Virus record (IMG/VR): IMGVR_UViG_3300021326_000217
Location: 1 to 64,000 of that record
DNA length: 64,000 bases
Origin: a virus
Taxonomy: Duplodnaviria > Caudoviricetes
Strand: one strand, 5' to 3'
The notes beneath the pieces were generated by a model. The model was not told where the DNA came from and made no database searches. It saw only the letters and a list, made by a program, of their open reading frames with translations. Of this stretch, positions 18,711 through 28,077 are shown one piece after another; within the stretch, counting starts at the first letter, position 1; every line of letters begins with the position of its first letter. The translations under genes were made by a program, and so were the position numbers.

Positions 18711-18992
18711 ATGCGAGAAAAAGTAATCGAAGCATACCTTGTAAAACAGGTAAAAAAGCAAAACGGGCTTTGCCTGAAATTTATATCGCCTTCCCTTGAC
18801 GGTGTTCCTGACCGCTTAATCCTGATGCCAAACGGTAAAATGGCGTTTGCGGAACTCAAAGCACCGAACAAGAAAATGCGACCGCTTCAGGTAAGGCGTA
18901 AAAGACAACTTGAAGCGTTAGGATTTAAGGTGTACTGCATAGACAGCCTTGAAATGATTGGAGGGATATTAAGTGAAATACAAACCCCATGA
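18711..18992 (+). CDS. VRR-NUC domain nuclease
   Basis: KFISPSLDGVPDRLIL..G..AFAELKAP...RPLQ. Confidence 0.9.
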   Translation: MREKVIEAYLVKQVKKQNGLCLKFISPSLDGVPDRLILMPNGKMAFAELKAPNKKMRPLQVRRKRQLEALGFKVYCIDSLEMIGGILSEIQTP

Positions 18993-20328
18993 CTATCAAA
19001 CCTATGCAACGGCTTTTGTGGAACAACATCCCATCGCCGCCGTGTTCCTTGATATGGGACTTGGTAAGAGCGTAATCACCCTGACCGCCATATACGACCT
19101 TTGCTTTGATTATTATGAGGTGTCTAAAGTGCTTGTCATCGCTCCGCTTCGAGTAGCGAGAGATACATGGAAGGACGAAATCGAAAAATGGGAACACCTG
19201 AACGGACTTTCATATTCGGTGGCAGTTGGAACGGAAGCTGAACGCAAAGCGGCACTTTCAAAAAAGGCTACGGTGTATATCATAAACCGAGAGAACGTTC
19301 AGTGGCTTGTTGACAGCGGACTTCCATTCGATTATGACATGGTGGTGATTGACGAGCTTTCATCCTTCAAATCGCATCAGGCAAAACGATTCAGAAGCCT
19401 TATGAAAGTAAGACCAACGGTAAAGCGCATGGTCGGACTTACGGGAACGCCATCGTCAAACGGGCTTATGGATTTATGGGCTGAATTCAAACTGCTTGAT
19501 ATGGGCAAACGCCTCGGACGGTTTATAACCCATTACCGTGACGAATTTTTCCTTCCCGACAAGCGAAACGCACAGGTGATATTTTCCTACAAGCCGAAAG
19601 ACGGTGCGGAGGATGAAATCTATAAACGCATATCGGACATCACGATTTCCATGCGAAGCACCGACTACCTGGAGATGCCTGAATGCATTATGAACACCGT
19701 GAAGGTCACGCTTTCCGAAAAGGAACGGGAGGTGTACGACACTTTCAAGCGTGAGCTTGTGGTGTCACTAAACGGGAACGAGGTCGATGCAGGTAATGCG
19801 GCGGCTTTGTCGGGCAAGCTCTCCCAAATGGCAAACGGGGCTGTGTACGGTGAGGAAAAGGATGTCTTTCCCATCCACGACCGAAAGCTTGATGCTTTGG
19901 AGGACTTAATTGAAGCCGCCAACGGCAAACCTGTTCTTGTGGCGTATTGGTATAAGCACGACCTTGAACGAATAAAAAAGAGGTTTACCGTCCGTGAAAT
20001 AAAAACCTCAAAGGACATAGCCGATTGGAACAGCGGCAGTATCCCTGTTGCGGTTATCCATCCTGCATCGGCAGGTCACGGACTAAACCTTCAGGCAGGT
20101 GGCTCGACCTTGATATGGTTTGGAATCACATGGAGCTTGGAGCTTTACCAACAAACCAACGGACGGTTATGGCGGCAGGGACAGAAATCCGATACGGTCG
20201 TGATACACCATATTATAACAAATGGCACGATTGATGAGAAAATCATGAAAGCCTTAAACGATAAGGACAGAACGCAGACCGCATTGATTGAGGCGGTCAA
20301 AGCAGAGATTGGAGGTAAATCAATATGA
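18973..20328 (+). CDS. SNF2/DEAD-like helicase
   Basis: FLDMGLGKS, VIDELS, GLTGTP, SAGHGLNLQ, QTNGRLWRQGQ. Confidence 0.92.
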   Translation: MKYKPHDYQTYATAFVEQHPIAAVFLDMGLGKSVITLTAIYDLCFDYYEVSKVLVIAPLRVARDTWKDEIEKWEHLNGLSYSVAVGTEAERKAALSKKATVYIINRENVQWLVDSGLPFDYDMVVIDELSSFKSHQAKRFRSLMKVRPTVKRMVGLTGTPSSNGLMDLWAEFKLLDMGKRLGRFITHYRDEFFLPDKRNAQVIFSYKPKDGAEDEIYKRISDITISMRSTDYLEMPECIMNTVKVTLSEKEREVYDTFKRELVVSLNGNEVDAGNAAALSGKLSQMANGAVYGEEKDVFPIHDRKLDALEDLIEAANGKPVLVAYWYKHDLERIKKRFTVREIKTSKDIADWNSGSIPVAVIHPASAGHGLNLQAGGSTLIWFGITWSLELYQQTNGRLWRQGQKSDTVVIHHIITNGTIDEKIMKALNDKDRTQTALIEAVKAEIGGKSI

Positions 20329-20762
20329 CGAGTAAAGAATATTTATCACAGGCATACCAACTTGACAAACGCATAAACGCAAAAATCAGTCAAGTGGCTT
20401 CTTTGAATGAGCTTGCAACAAAGTGTACTTCAACAATTACAGGAATGCCTCATGCGCCGAGTAAAAGCACATCGACAATGGCTGACACGATTACAAAAAT
20501 CATTGATTTGGAACATGAAATCAATAGTGACATCGACAGGCTTGTCGACCTGAAGCGTGAAATGGTACGGGCGATTAAGGCTGTCGGGAATACCGAATAC
20601 CAGACCATACTTGAACTGCGGTACTTATGTTTTGAATCGTGGGAACAGATCTCTATGGCATTGCATTTGAGTATTCAGCACACCTTCCGACTTCACTCCC
20701 GTGCCTTGAAGGAATTTAAAATTCCGCAAAAAAAAATAAAAGTGGAGAGTAAATGTGATTGA
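20325..20762 (+). CDS. DUF1492/ArpU-like late transcriptional regulator
   Basis: KEYLSQAY.LDKRINAK...ILELRYLCFESWEQI...SIQH.FRLH..AL; position at the end of the replication module. Confidence 0.8.
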   Translation: MTSKEYLSQAYQLDKRINAKISQVASLNELATKCTSTITGMPHAPSKSTSTMADTITKIIDLEHEINSDIDRLVDLKREMVRAIKAVGNTEYQTILELRYLCFESWEQISMALHLSIQHTFRLHSRALKEFKIPQKKIKVESKCD

Positions 20763-20844
20763 ATGAGAGTATGGCATTATGGTATAATGTAAAATGTCAA
20801 GGAATGCAGGATAAGGAACACTAAATCCATAAATCTCCTTTTTT

Positions 20845-20878
20845 GAAAGCCCGTGCAGGAAAAACTGCATGGGCTTTC
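20845..20878 (+). terminator. Strong hairpin after the replication module
   Basis: GAAAGCCCGTGCAG-gaaaaa-CTGCATGGGCTTTC; weak downstream U-tract. Confidence 0.5.
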
Positions 20879-21000
20879 CTGTCCTTGTACGATGGTGTCT
20901 GACATTGTGACATCATCCGCAAAAATTAAAAATCATGTACGATGATGTGAGATATGGTCACATCATTTTTTATTTTCACACAGAAAGGAGGGATAACCCC

Positions 21001-21390
21001 ATGCCCCTGAAACCAAAACGACCGTGTTCGTTCCCTGGCTGTCCCCGATTAACCCACGGACGGTTTTGTGAGGAACACGCCAAAGCAGAAGCAAAGAGGT
21101 ACGAGAAGTACGACCGTGACCCTGCGATGCGTAAACGCTATGGCAAAGCATGGCAGGTCATTCGTGACAGATACATAGCGGCGCATCCTCTGTGCGAGGT
21201 GTGCAAGCGAAGCGGCAAGCTCACCCCTGCGGAAGAGGTACACCACATCAAACCGCTGTCACAAGGTGGAACGAACGCAGAGGACAACCTCATGTCCCTT
21301 TGCAAGGTGTGCCACTCCGAGATTACTGCTCGGGAAGGCGGTCGATGGACACCAAAACACAGACGGCAGGGGCGGTCTCAATCTCTGTGA
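21001..21390 (+). CDS. HNH endonuclease (packaging accessory)
   Basis: CEVC...EEVHHIKPLSQGGTN...NLMSLCKVCH; ATG at 21001 after AAGGAGG. Confidence 0.9.
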   Translation: MPLKPKRPCSFPGCPRLTHGRFCEEHAKAEAKRYEKYDRDPAMRKRYGKAWQVIRDRYIAAHPLCEVCKRSGKLTPAEEVHHIKPLSQGGTNAEDNLMSLCKVCHSEITAREGGRWTPKHRRQGRSQSL

Positions 21391-21440
21391 GCCTCCGCTG
21401 ACTGAACGGGCGCGGGGCTTCGTGTATAAAAATTTCGGTT
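21368..21440 (+). other. Candidate cos region
   Basis: GC-rich GGGGCGGTC...AACGGGCGCGGGGCTTCGTGT between HNH and terS, the usual cos position in HNH-terS-terL phages. Confidence 0.45.
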
Positions 21441-21484
21441 CAAACGCCCTATTAAACCCAAGCAAAAACGGAGGTGATTTCAAA

Positions 21485-22051
21485 ATGGCAAAAGACGGTA
21501 CTAACAGAGGCGGCAGACGGGTACGAGCAGGAGGCAAACCCGATGCGCTTGCCGATAAAATACTAAACGGTAAATCCGCAAAGGTTATGGGACTTCCATA
21601 TACAGAACTGGACGGCAGTGATGACCTCGGTGAGGTTTCGGATTTGGAAGGAACTGATATGCCAAACCCAAGCGAATATTTGAGTGCTATGCAGAGGGAC
21701 GGAAAGCCACTCGGCGCAGACATTATATTTAGGGAAACTTGGGACTGGCTGAAAAGCCGAGGCTGTGAAAAGCTCGTCAATCCACGCCTTTTGGAAAGCT
21801 ACTCACAGGCGTTTGCTCGTTTTATTCAGTGCGAACAGGCGGTCACTGATTACGGCTTGCTCGGAAAGCACCCCACTACGGGCGGTGCGATTACAAGCCC
21901 GTTCGTAACCATGAGCCAGTCTTTTCAAAAGCAAGCAAATGTGTTGTGGTATGAAATATTTGAAATTGTCAAGCAGAATTGCACTACAGCTTTCGTGGGC
22001 AATCCGCAGGACGATATGATGGAGCGACTGTTAAACGCTCGGAAAGGATAA
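21485..22051 (+). CDS. terS: Terminase small subunit (P27 family)
   Basis: MAKDGTNRGGRR..AG.KP N-terminus; LLESYSQAFARFIQCE; follows HNH. Confidence 0.85.
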   Translation: MAKDGTNRGGRRVRAGGKPDALADKILNGKSAKVMGLPYTELDGSDDLGEVSDLEGTDMPNPSEYLSAMQRDGKPLGADIIFRETWDWLKSRGCEKLVNPRLLESYSQAFARFIQCEQAVTDYGLLGKHPTTGGAITSPFVTMSQSFQKQANVLWYEIFEIVKQNCTTAFVGNPQDDMMERLLNARKG

Positions 22052-22055
22052 GATT

Positions 22056-22844
22056 ATGTTTGAAAAAGTAAACCCTGCTCACCCCGATAAGGTGGCAGAC
22101 AGAATTGCAGGTGCGCTTGTCGACCTTGCATACGAAAAAGAGGAAAACCCGAAAATCGCCGTGGAAGTCTTGATAGGACACGGCGTTTGTCATGTCATTG
22201 CAGAATCGTCCGTGGAACTTGATGCGGTCGCAGTTTGTAAGGCTGTTCATAGAATTGCAGGAAATGACTTAATGGTGGATTTCAGATGCGTAAAACAGGA
22301 CAGTCACCTTGCCGCAAACCAAGCGGACGGTTTTCGGTGCGGCGATAACGGCATATTTAAAGGTATGCCCATTACCGAGGAGCAGAAAGCTCTGACCGAA
22401 ATTGCAAAAAGTGTGTATAACACATACCCGTGTGACGGCAAGTACATTTTAGATGAGGCTCGCCTCATTATTTGCCAGAGCAATGCAAGCACCGAGGAAC
22501 TGAAAAGCACATATCCCCATGCCGAAATAAATCCGCTCGGCTTTTGGACTGGCGGCACGGATGTGGACACAGGTGCGACCAACCGAAAGCTCGGAAGCGA
22601 TATGGCAGACAGCGTGACAGGCGGCGGTCTGCACGGCAAAGACCTCTCGAAAGCCGATGTCAGCGTAAACATCTATGCATGGATGAAGGCACAGGAAACA
22701 CACAAACCTGTGGAGCTTTGCTGTGCCATTGGCGATGAGACCGTTGACGGAAAGGCGTATTCCGAAATCGTGGAAATAGCAAGAGATTATATCCGCTCCG
22801 TTGGCGGCTTTGAGAAGTTTGCGGAATGGGGGCTTGTCAGATGA
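22056..22844 (+). CDS. metK: Shortened phage S-adenosylmethionine synthetase homologue
   Basis: EKVNPAHPDKVADRI, GDNGIF, DTGATNRKL, GGGLHGKDLSKADVS motifs; 262 aa. Confidence 0.85.
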   Translation: MFEKVNPAHPDKVADRIAGALVDLAYEKEENPKIAVEVLIGHGVCHVIAESSVELDAVAVCKAVHRIAGNDLMVDFRCVKQDSHLAANQADGFRCGDNGIFKGMPITEEQKALTEIAKSVYNTYPCDGKYILDEARLIICQSNASTEELKSTYPHAEINPLGFWTGGTDVDTGATNRKLGSDMADSVTGGGLHGKDLSKADVSVNIYAWMKAQETHKPVELCCAIGDETVDGKAYSEIVEIARDYIRSVGGFEKFAEWGLVR

Positions 22845-24094
22845 AAACAACAACCGAAATGGAGCTTGTTTCTATTGAGAAGCTCGTTCCTTATGTGAAT
22901 AACGCCCGTACCCATTCACCTGCACAGATTACCAAACTGCGCTCGTCTCTGCGTGAATTCGGATTTATCAACCCCGTTATAATCGACAGGGATTTTAATG
23001 TTATAGCAGGTCACGGCAGAATTATGGCGGCGAAAGAAGAAGGCATTACGGAAGTGCCGTGTGTTTTTGCCGACTACTTAACCGAGGCACAGAAAAAAGC
23101 ATATATCATTGCAGACAACCGCATGGCTATGGATGCAGGTTGGGACGAAGAACTCCTGCGAGTAGAAATTGAAGCTCTGCAGGGCATGGATTTTGACCCG
23201 TCTCTGACAGGCTTTGACGAGAAGGAACTCGCCACACTCTTTAATAATGGCATAGAAGCAAAAGACGATGACTTTGATGTGTCGGCAGAACTTGAAAAGC
23301 CGCCGCTGACACGAAACGGTGATGTTTGGATTTTAGGAAAGCACCGTCTCGTTTGCGGTGATAGTACAAAGGCAGAAACCTTTGAAGCTCTGATGCAAGG
23401 CGAAAAGGCAAACCTTGTTATAACTGACCCTCCGTATAATGTCAATTATGAAGGCTCGGCAGGAAAAATCAAAAATGATAATATGGCTGACGATAAATTT
23501 TATAACTTCCTGCTTGATGCCTTTAAGAATACGGAAGCGGCGATGGCTGACGATGCGAGTATTTATGTTTTCCATGCCGACACCGAGGGCTTGAATTTCA
23601 GGAAGGCTTTTCAAGACAGCGGTTTTTATCTTTCAGGTACTTGTATATGGAAGAAGCAATCGCTTGTTCTCGGTCGCTCCCCGTATCAATGGCAACATGA
23701 GCCTATCCTTTTCGGTTGGAAAAAGAAAGGCAAGCACCAGTGGTACACGGGGCGAAAAGAATCGACCATTTGGGAATTTGACAAACCCAAGAAAAATGCC
23801 GACCATCCGACCATGAAGCCGATTCCGCTCCTTGCATACCCGATTACAAATTCAAGTATGTCCAATTGCATCGTGCTTGACCCGTTTGGTGGAAGCGGCT
23901 CGACCCTTATCGCCTGTCAGCAGACGGACAGAATTTGCCGTACCATTGAATTGGACGAGAAATTCTGCGATGTCATCGTGAAACGGTATATTGAACAGGT
24001 CGGCTCGGATGATGAAGTCAAGGTTATCAGAGATAATCAGACTATACCATACAAAGATATACACGACAGCAATGAGGAAATCCCTCTGTTTTAA
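22841..24094 (+). CDS. ParB-N domain plus N6/N4 DNA methyltransferase (beta class)
   Basis: PYVNNARTH...GFINPVIID..IAGHGR (ParB-like); TDPPY motif IV; HPTMKP; LDPFGGSGST motif I. Confidence 0.92.
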   Translation: MKTTTEMELVSIEKLVPYVNNARTHSPAQITKLRSSLREFGFINPVIIDRDFNVIAGHGRIMAAKEEGITEVPCVFADYLTEAQKKAYIIADNRMAMDAGWDEELLRVEIEALQGMDFDPSLTGFDEKELATLFNNGIEAKDDDFDVSAELEKPPLTRNGDVWILGKHRLVCGDSTKAETFEALMQGEKANLVITDPPYNVNYEGSAGKIKNDNMADDKFYNFLLDAFKNTEAAMADDASIYVFHADTEGLNFRKAFQDSGFYLSGTCIWKKQSLVLGRSPYQWQHEPILFGWKKKGKHQWYTGRKESTIWEFDKPKKNADHPTMKPIPLLAYPITNSSMSNCIVLDPFGGSGSTLIACQQTDRICRTIELDEKFCDVIVKRYIEQVGSDDEVKVIRDNQTIPYKDIHDSNEEIPLF

Positions 24095-24116
24095 AGAGGA
24101 CTGAAATGCTGTAATA

Positions 24117-24194
24117 TAGACAGTTTCAAAGGCACATATTTGTGAAGTATTTAGTGTCAAAACTCTTGATAAATAAGGCGTTCAGAGTTAATAT
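24117..24194 (+). promoter_or_regulatory. Cassette promoter 1 (degenerate dyad plus SigA promoter)
   Basis: TAGACAG-N16-TTGTGAA; TTGATA(24166)-N17-TAATAT(24189). Confidence 0.65.
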
Positions 24195-24226
24195 GTGGCT
24201 AACAAAAAAGAAGGAGGTCATGTAAA

Positions 24227-24919
24227 ATGACAACGACCAATGCAAACATAAAGTTTAATGTCACAGGCGCAAAGCGCAAAGAACTCGTAAGTCTTATTGC
24301 AAACTTCACAGGGTGCGAAGCAAAGTACAAAGGCGCACCGAGCTTTGCCTACGAGGTGGACTACTTCAGCATTGACAAAAACGGAACGCTTATATTTGAT
24401 GACAGAGCCGACAGCGAGGTTATTGAAAGACTGCTCGAAATGCTCTACGACAACAGCTTCGTTGCAGAGGAAAGCGAAGCTGAAACCGACCAGCCCCAAG
24501 TAGAAGCCACAGGGCTTACGGTCGAGATACCGCTTGATAAGGTGAATGTTGGAAACCTTACAAACCTGCTTGAATCAAAAGGCGAGCTTATAAAGGAAGC
24601 ACTCGGAATAAGCGATATACGCATAGAGCTTTTGGAAGACCGAGTTACATTCCCGTGGTTTGGTGACATTGAGCCGAGCGATGCAAAGGCTTATACAGAA
24701 TTCATCGCCGCTCTATGCGCACACTCGAAAAAGCTCACGAGAATCAACGCTGTGGAAACAAAAGCAGAAAACAAAAAATACGCATTCCGCTGTTTCCTCC
24801 TGCGCCTCGGCTTTATCGGGACGGAATATAAGGAAACGAGAAAAATCCTGCTCCGCAACCTCGAAGGAAGCTCCGCTTTCAAAAGCGGTAAGAAAAAAGA
24901 GGTGCAGAACAATGGCTGA
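24227..24919 (+). CDS. Conserved phage hypothetical sharing a C-terminal motif with the amidoligase
   Basis: KYKGAPSFAYEV; C-terminal ENKKYAFRCFLLRLGFIG. Confidence 0.75.
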   Translation: MTTTNANIKFNVTGAKRKELVSLIANFTGCEAKYKGAPSFAYEVDYFSIDKNGTLIFDDRADSEVIERLLEMLYDNSFVAEESEAETDQPQVEATGLTVEIPLDKVNVGNLTNLLESKGELIKEALGISDIRIELLEDRVTFPWFGDIEPSDAKAYTEFIAALCAHSKKLTRINAVETKAENKKYAFRCFLLRLGFIGTEYKETRKILLRNLEGSSAFKSGKKKEVQNNG

Positions 24920-25130
24920 TAAGTTTTTCACAACTACCAAATGTGACCGTTGCGGAGGCTCGCTTGAAAGCGGCAGAATAATGTCCATGTTCAATGAGGA
25001 TTGCATTTGTATGGACTGTAGTAAGAAGGAGCGAGAGCTTCCCGAATTCAAGCAAGCCGCCGAAGCCGAGCTCGCCGAAATCAAGCGTGGAAACTACAAT
25101 TTCAAGGGCATCGGATACCCCGAAAAATAG
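24912..25130 (+). CDS. 72-aa zinc-finger protein (CDRC...CMDC)
   Basis: MADKFFTTTKCDRCGGSLESGRIMSMFNEDCICMDC; AGAGGTG RBS; ATG at 24912. Confidence 0.75.
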   Translation: MADKFFTTTKCDRCGGSLESGRIMSMFNEDCICMDCSKKERELPEFKQAAEAELAEIKRGNYNFKGIGYPEK

Positions 25131-25138
25131 CTGTAATA

Positions 25139-25217
25139 TACACAATTTTAGCCTTGAAAGATTGTGTAGTATATAGGTCAGAATTGACTTGATATATACC
25201 CTTTTCAGAGGTAATAT
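25139..25217 (+). promoter_or_regulatory. Cassette promoter 2
   Basis: TACACAA(25139)-N16-TTGTGTA-N20-TTGATA(25189)-N17-TAATAT(25212). Confidence 0.8.
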
Positions 25218-25264
25218 GTGACTACAAAAAGAACAGAAAACACTTTTGAAAAGGAGTAAAAACC

Positions 25265-26206
25265 ATGAACGAAAAAACAAGAAACTTTATCGAGGAAATG
25301 AAAAAGCAGACCATCGGGATTGAAATTGAGATGGCAAACATTACAAGAGAAAAAGCCTGCAGAACGGTCGCAAAATACTACGGCACGGAAAGCACAGTAA
25401 AACATGACGGCGGCGGCTATGACACTTGGAGTTGCAAGGACACCAAAGGCAGGACTTGGAAGATAACGAGGGACGTTAGCATACAGGCACGGACGGACAG
25501 CGAAAAAGCAGAGCTTGGAACACCCATCCTTCACTACGATGACATTGAGGACTTGCAGGAAATCGCAAGGCAGTTACGCCACGCAGGTGCGGTTTCCAAC
25601 CCACAGCACGGATGCGGTGTACATTGTCACATCGGTGCAGACGGACACACAGCAGGAACGCTCCGAAACCTCGCAAACATCATGGCAAGCCACGAAAGCC
25701 TTTTGACAAACGCATTAAGCCTTGACAGAAGCCGCATAAACAGCTACTGCAGACAGGTCGACACAAACTTCCTTACAAGGCTGAACAGAAGGAAGCCAAG
25801 GAGCATGATGGCACTTGCGGACATTTGGTACGCTGACAACAATGAGTACCGAGGCGCACATTACAACCACACACGCTACAGAATGCTAAACCTCCACGCA
25901 ACCTTTACAAAAGGAACGGTTGAATTCCGACTTTTCCAATTCGACAACCCCACGGAGGAACGCAGAGGCGGCATACACGCAGGACAGCTTAAAAGCTACA
26001 TTCAGCTTTGCCTTGCACTTTCCCAAATGGCAAAAACACAGAAAACAGCAAGCCCGAAGCCACAGCAAACCGAAAACCCGAAATACGCAATGCGAACTTG
26101 GCTCCTCCGCCTCGGATTTATCGGTGACGAATTCAAAACAGCAAGAGACCTCTTTACAAAGCGACTTGACGGGGACACAGCCTTCAGAAACGGCAGACCT
26201 GCATAA
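25265..26206 (+). CDS. Amidoligase (COOH-NH2 ligase type 2, Amidoligase_2-like)
   Basis: TIGIEIEM, WKITRDVSI, ELGTPIL, CGVHCHIG, RYRMLNLHA, GTVEFRLF. Confidence 0.88.
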   Translation: MNEKTRNFIEEMKKQTIGIEIEMANITREKACRTVAKYYGTESTVKHDGGGYDTWSCKDTKGRTWKITRDVSIQARTDSEKAELGTPILHYDDIEDLQEIARQLRHAGAVSNPQHGCGVHCHIGADGHTAGTLRNLANIMASHESLLTNALSLDRSRINSYCRQVDTNFLTRLNRRKPRSMMALADIWYADNNEYRGAHYNHTRYRMLNLHATFTKGTVEFRLFQFDNPTEERRGGIHAGQLKSYIQLCLALSQMAKTQKTASPKPQQTENPKYAMRTWLLRLGFIGDEFKTARDLFTKRLDGDTAFRNGRPA

Positions 26207-26279
26207 AGCAGAAACCCCGACACCCGACCGCTACGGCGGTCTTAAGGTGGTAGAAGACGATTTGAAAGGAGATTTTTTT

Positions 26280-26747
26280 ATGGCAAAAAGAAAGTACATC
26301 GCATACGGGAGCAACCTCAATGTTCAGCAAATGAAATGGCGATGCCCACACGCAAAAATTATGGGAACGGGTGAACTTAAGGATTGGAGGCTTCTTTTCA
26401 AAGGAAGTAAAACGGGAGCATACCTTACCATAGAAAAGTGCGAAGGCTATAGCGTACCCTTTGCGGTATGGGAGGTCAACGCAACGGACGAGGCGGCACT
26501 TGACCGCTACGAGGGATTTCCCACCTTCTATTACAAGCAGGAGCTTCCCTTCGAGTACACGGGTATAAGGACAGGCAGAACACACAAAACCAAAGGCTTC
26601 GTTTACATTATGCACGAGGACAGACCTATCGGAATTCCCTCAAAGCATTATGTTGAAGTATGCGCCACAGGTTATATGACCTTCGGTTTTAACTACGAGC
26701 GCATTCTTGAATCACTCCGCTACAGCGAGGAGGTGACGAAGGAATGA
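26280..26747 (+). CDS. Gamma-glutamylcyclotransferase (AIG2-like)
   Basis: YIAYGSNLN..QM..RCP, LDRYEG; ATG at 26280. Confidence 0.88.
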   Translation: MAKRKYIAYGSNLNVQQMKWRCPHAKIMGTGELKDWRLLFKGSKTGAYLTIEKCEGYSVPFAVWEVNATDEAALDRYEGFPTFYYKQELPFEYTGIRTGRTHKTKGFVYIMHEDRPIGIPSKHYVEVCATGYMTFGFNYERILESLRYSEEVTKE

Positions 26748-26944
26748 AGAACGGAACACATCCCGAAACCGTATGCCCGAAATGCGGCATGGTTTATTAT
26801 GAAGCACCTGCACTTTCAAGAACCGACAACAAAACACTCATCTGTCCCGATTGCGGCATCCGTGAAAGTTTGGCGGCATTCGGTCTTGGAGCGGAAGAGC
26901 AGGAACATATCATAAGAGCCATTCATGGCAGACACAAAGCGTAA
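26744..26944 (+). CDS. 66-aa zinc-finger protein (CPKC...CPDC)
   Basis: CPKCG..Y...PALSR.DN.TLICPDCG.RE. Confidence 0.75.
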   Translation: MKNGTHPETVCPKCGMVYYEAPALSRTDNKTLICPDCGIRESLAAFGLGAEEQEHIIRAIHGRHKA

Positions 26945-26956
26945 GGAGGAGCGACA

Positions 26957-27259
26957 ATGACAAAAAATGAGTTATACGACCAAATCACAGAACAGTATTA
27001 TGAATTCATCGCAGGGCTGAAAAAGCAAACGGCTTCAGAGCTTATTAAAAACGCTGAGCTTATTGCAACGACCAAACAGTTATATAAGTTTATCAAACTT
27101 AACAAGCCGTTCAGCGATGATGACACTGAATACCTTTCCCGAATCAAACGACCGCTTATAGTACTTTCAGAAGTATACAACGAAATAAGCGGCATTGACT
27201 GTGAAGTGTTTGACCGCTTGATGTTTGAGGGCAAAGGTCATGGGCTGTTTGAAGAGTGA
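26957..27259 (+). CDS. Hypothetical 100-aa helical protein
   Basis: GGAGG-like RBS; last gene before the junction hairpin. Confidence 0.65.
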   Translation: MTKNELYDQITEQYYEFIAGLKKQTASELIKNAELIATTKQLYKFIKLNKPFSDDDTEYLSRIKRPLIVLSEVYNEISGIDCEVFDRLMFEGKGHGLFEE

Positions 27260-27318
27260 AAACACCATTTCGGAACGAGCCGAAAGGCTCTGTTCCTCGT
27301 TATAAATCATACGTAATA

Positions 27319-27397
27319 TACACAATTAACGCCCTCTATATTTGTGTAGTATATATCGCTGAAATGACTTGATATATATGCGATTCAGAGGTAATAT
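27319..27397 (+). promoter_or_regulatory. Cassette promoter 3
   Basis: TACACAA(27319)-N16-TTGTGTA-N20-TTGATA(27369)-N17-TAATAT(27392). Confidence 0.8.
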
Positions 27398-27442
27398 GTG
27401 ACTACCGAAAGGGAAAACAAACAAAAATTGGAGGAAACGAAA

Positions 27443-27709
27443 ATGACAGAATTCACAACCATTGAAAAACTTGACCTTGCGATGAGTCCATCCTACGATG
27501 CGCTTGTACGCTATAAGCACCACGTTTGCTTGGCATCACTTAATTACAAGGGTGAATATGAAGCCGAGATTTACGAGTTTGTTGACGAGCCTGAAACGGA
27601 CGGCTTTTCAGAAATTGAATGCCGCCTCGCCATGACAGAAAAGGCAGACATCACATTCCATGACAGCGGCTCGGCAATCAAATGGTGCTTTGACAAGCTC
27701 GACAAATAA
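27443..27709 (+). CDS. Acidic 88-aa hypothetical (single-gene cassette)
   Basis: GGAGG RBS, ATG at 27443; own promoter and downstream hairpin. Confidence 0.75.
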   Translation: MTEFTTIEKLDLAMSPSYDALVRYKHHVCLASLNYKGEYEAEIYEFVDEPETDGFSEIECRLAMTEKADITFHDSGSAIKWCFDKLDK

Positions 27710-27765
27710 GCCGCAACCAACGCCCTGCAAAGAGCCGCAAAAAGGCTCTTTTGCTCGTCATAATA

Positions 27766-27844
27766 TACACAATAAAACCTCCGAATGTTTGTGTAATATA
27801 TAGTGTCGAAATGACTTGATATAAGTGCGTTTTAGAGGTAATAT
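27766..27844 (+). promoter_or_regulatory. Cassette promoter 4
   Basis: TACACAA(27766)-N16-TTGTGTA-N20-TTGATA(27816)-N17-TAATAT(27839). Confidence 0.8.
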
Positions 27845-27875
27845 GTACTCAACAAAAAACAAGGAGGGCAACACA

Positions 27876-28064
27876 ATGCTTAAACTTTACAAATTCTACG
27901 AACTCATTAACAGGAACGCACTGGTGACCTTGACCGAGGATACCTTGACAAAAACCTACTTTGAAGGAAGCGTTAAGGACATTCCCGACAGTTTTGACGA
28001 TTGGAACGTCACAGACTTTTGTGTTTCGGACGGCGGCGATTTTCTTTTCCACATTGCGAAATAA
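27876..28064 (+). CDS. 62-aa hypothetical
   Basis: AAGGAGG RBS, ATG at 27876. Confidence 0.7.
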   Translation: MLKLYKFYELINRNALVTLTEDTLTKTYFEGSVKDIPDSFDDWNVTDFCVSDGGDFLFHIAK

Positions 28065-28077
28065 GGAGGACACGGAA

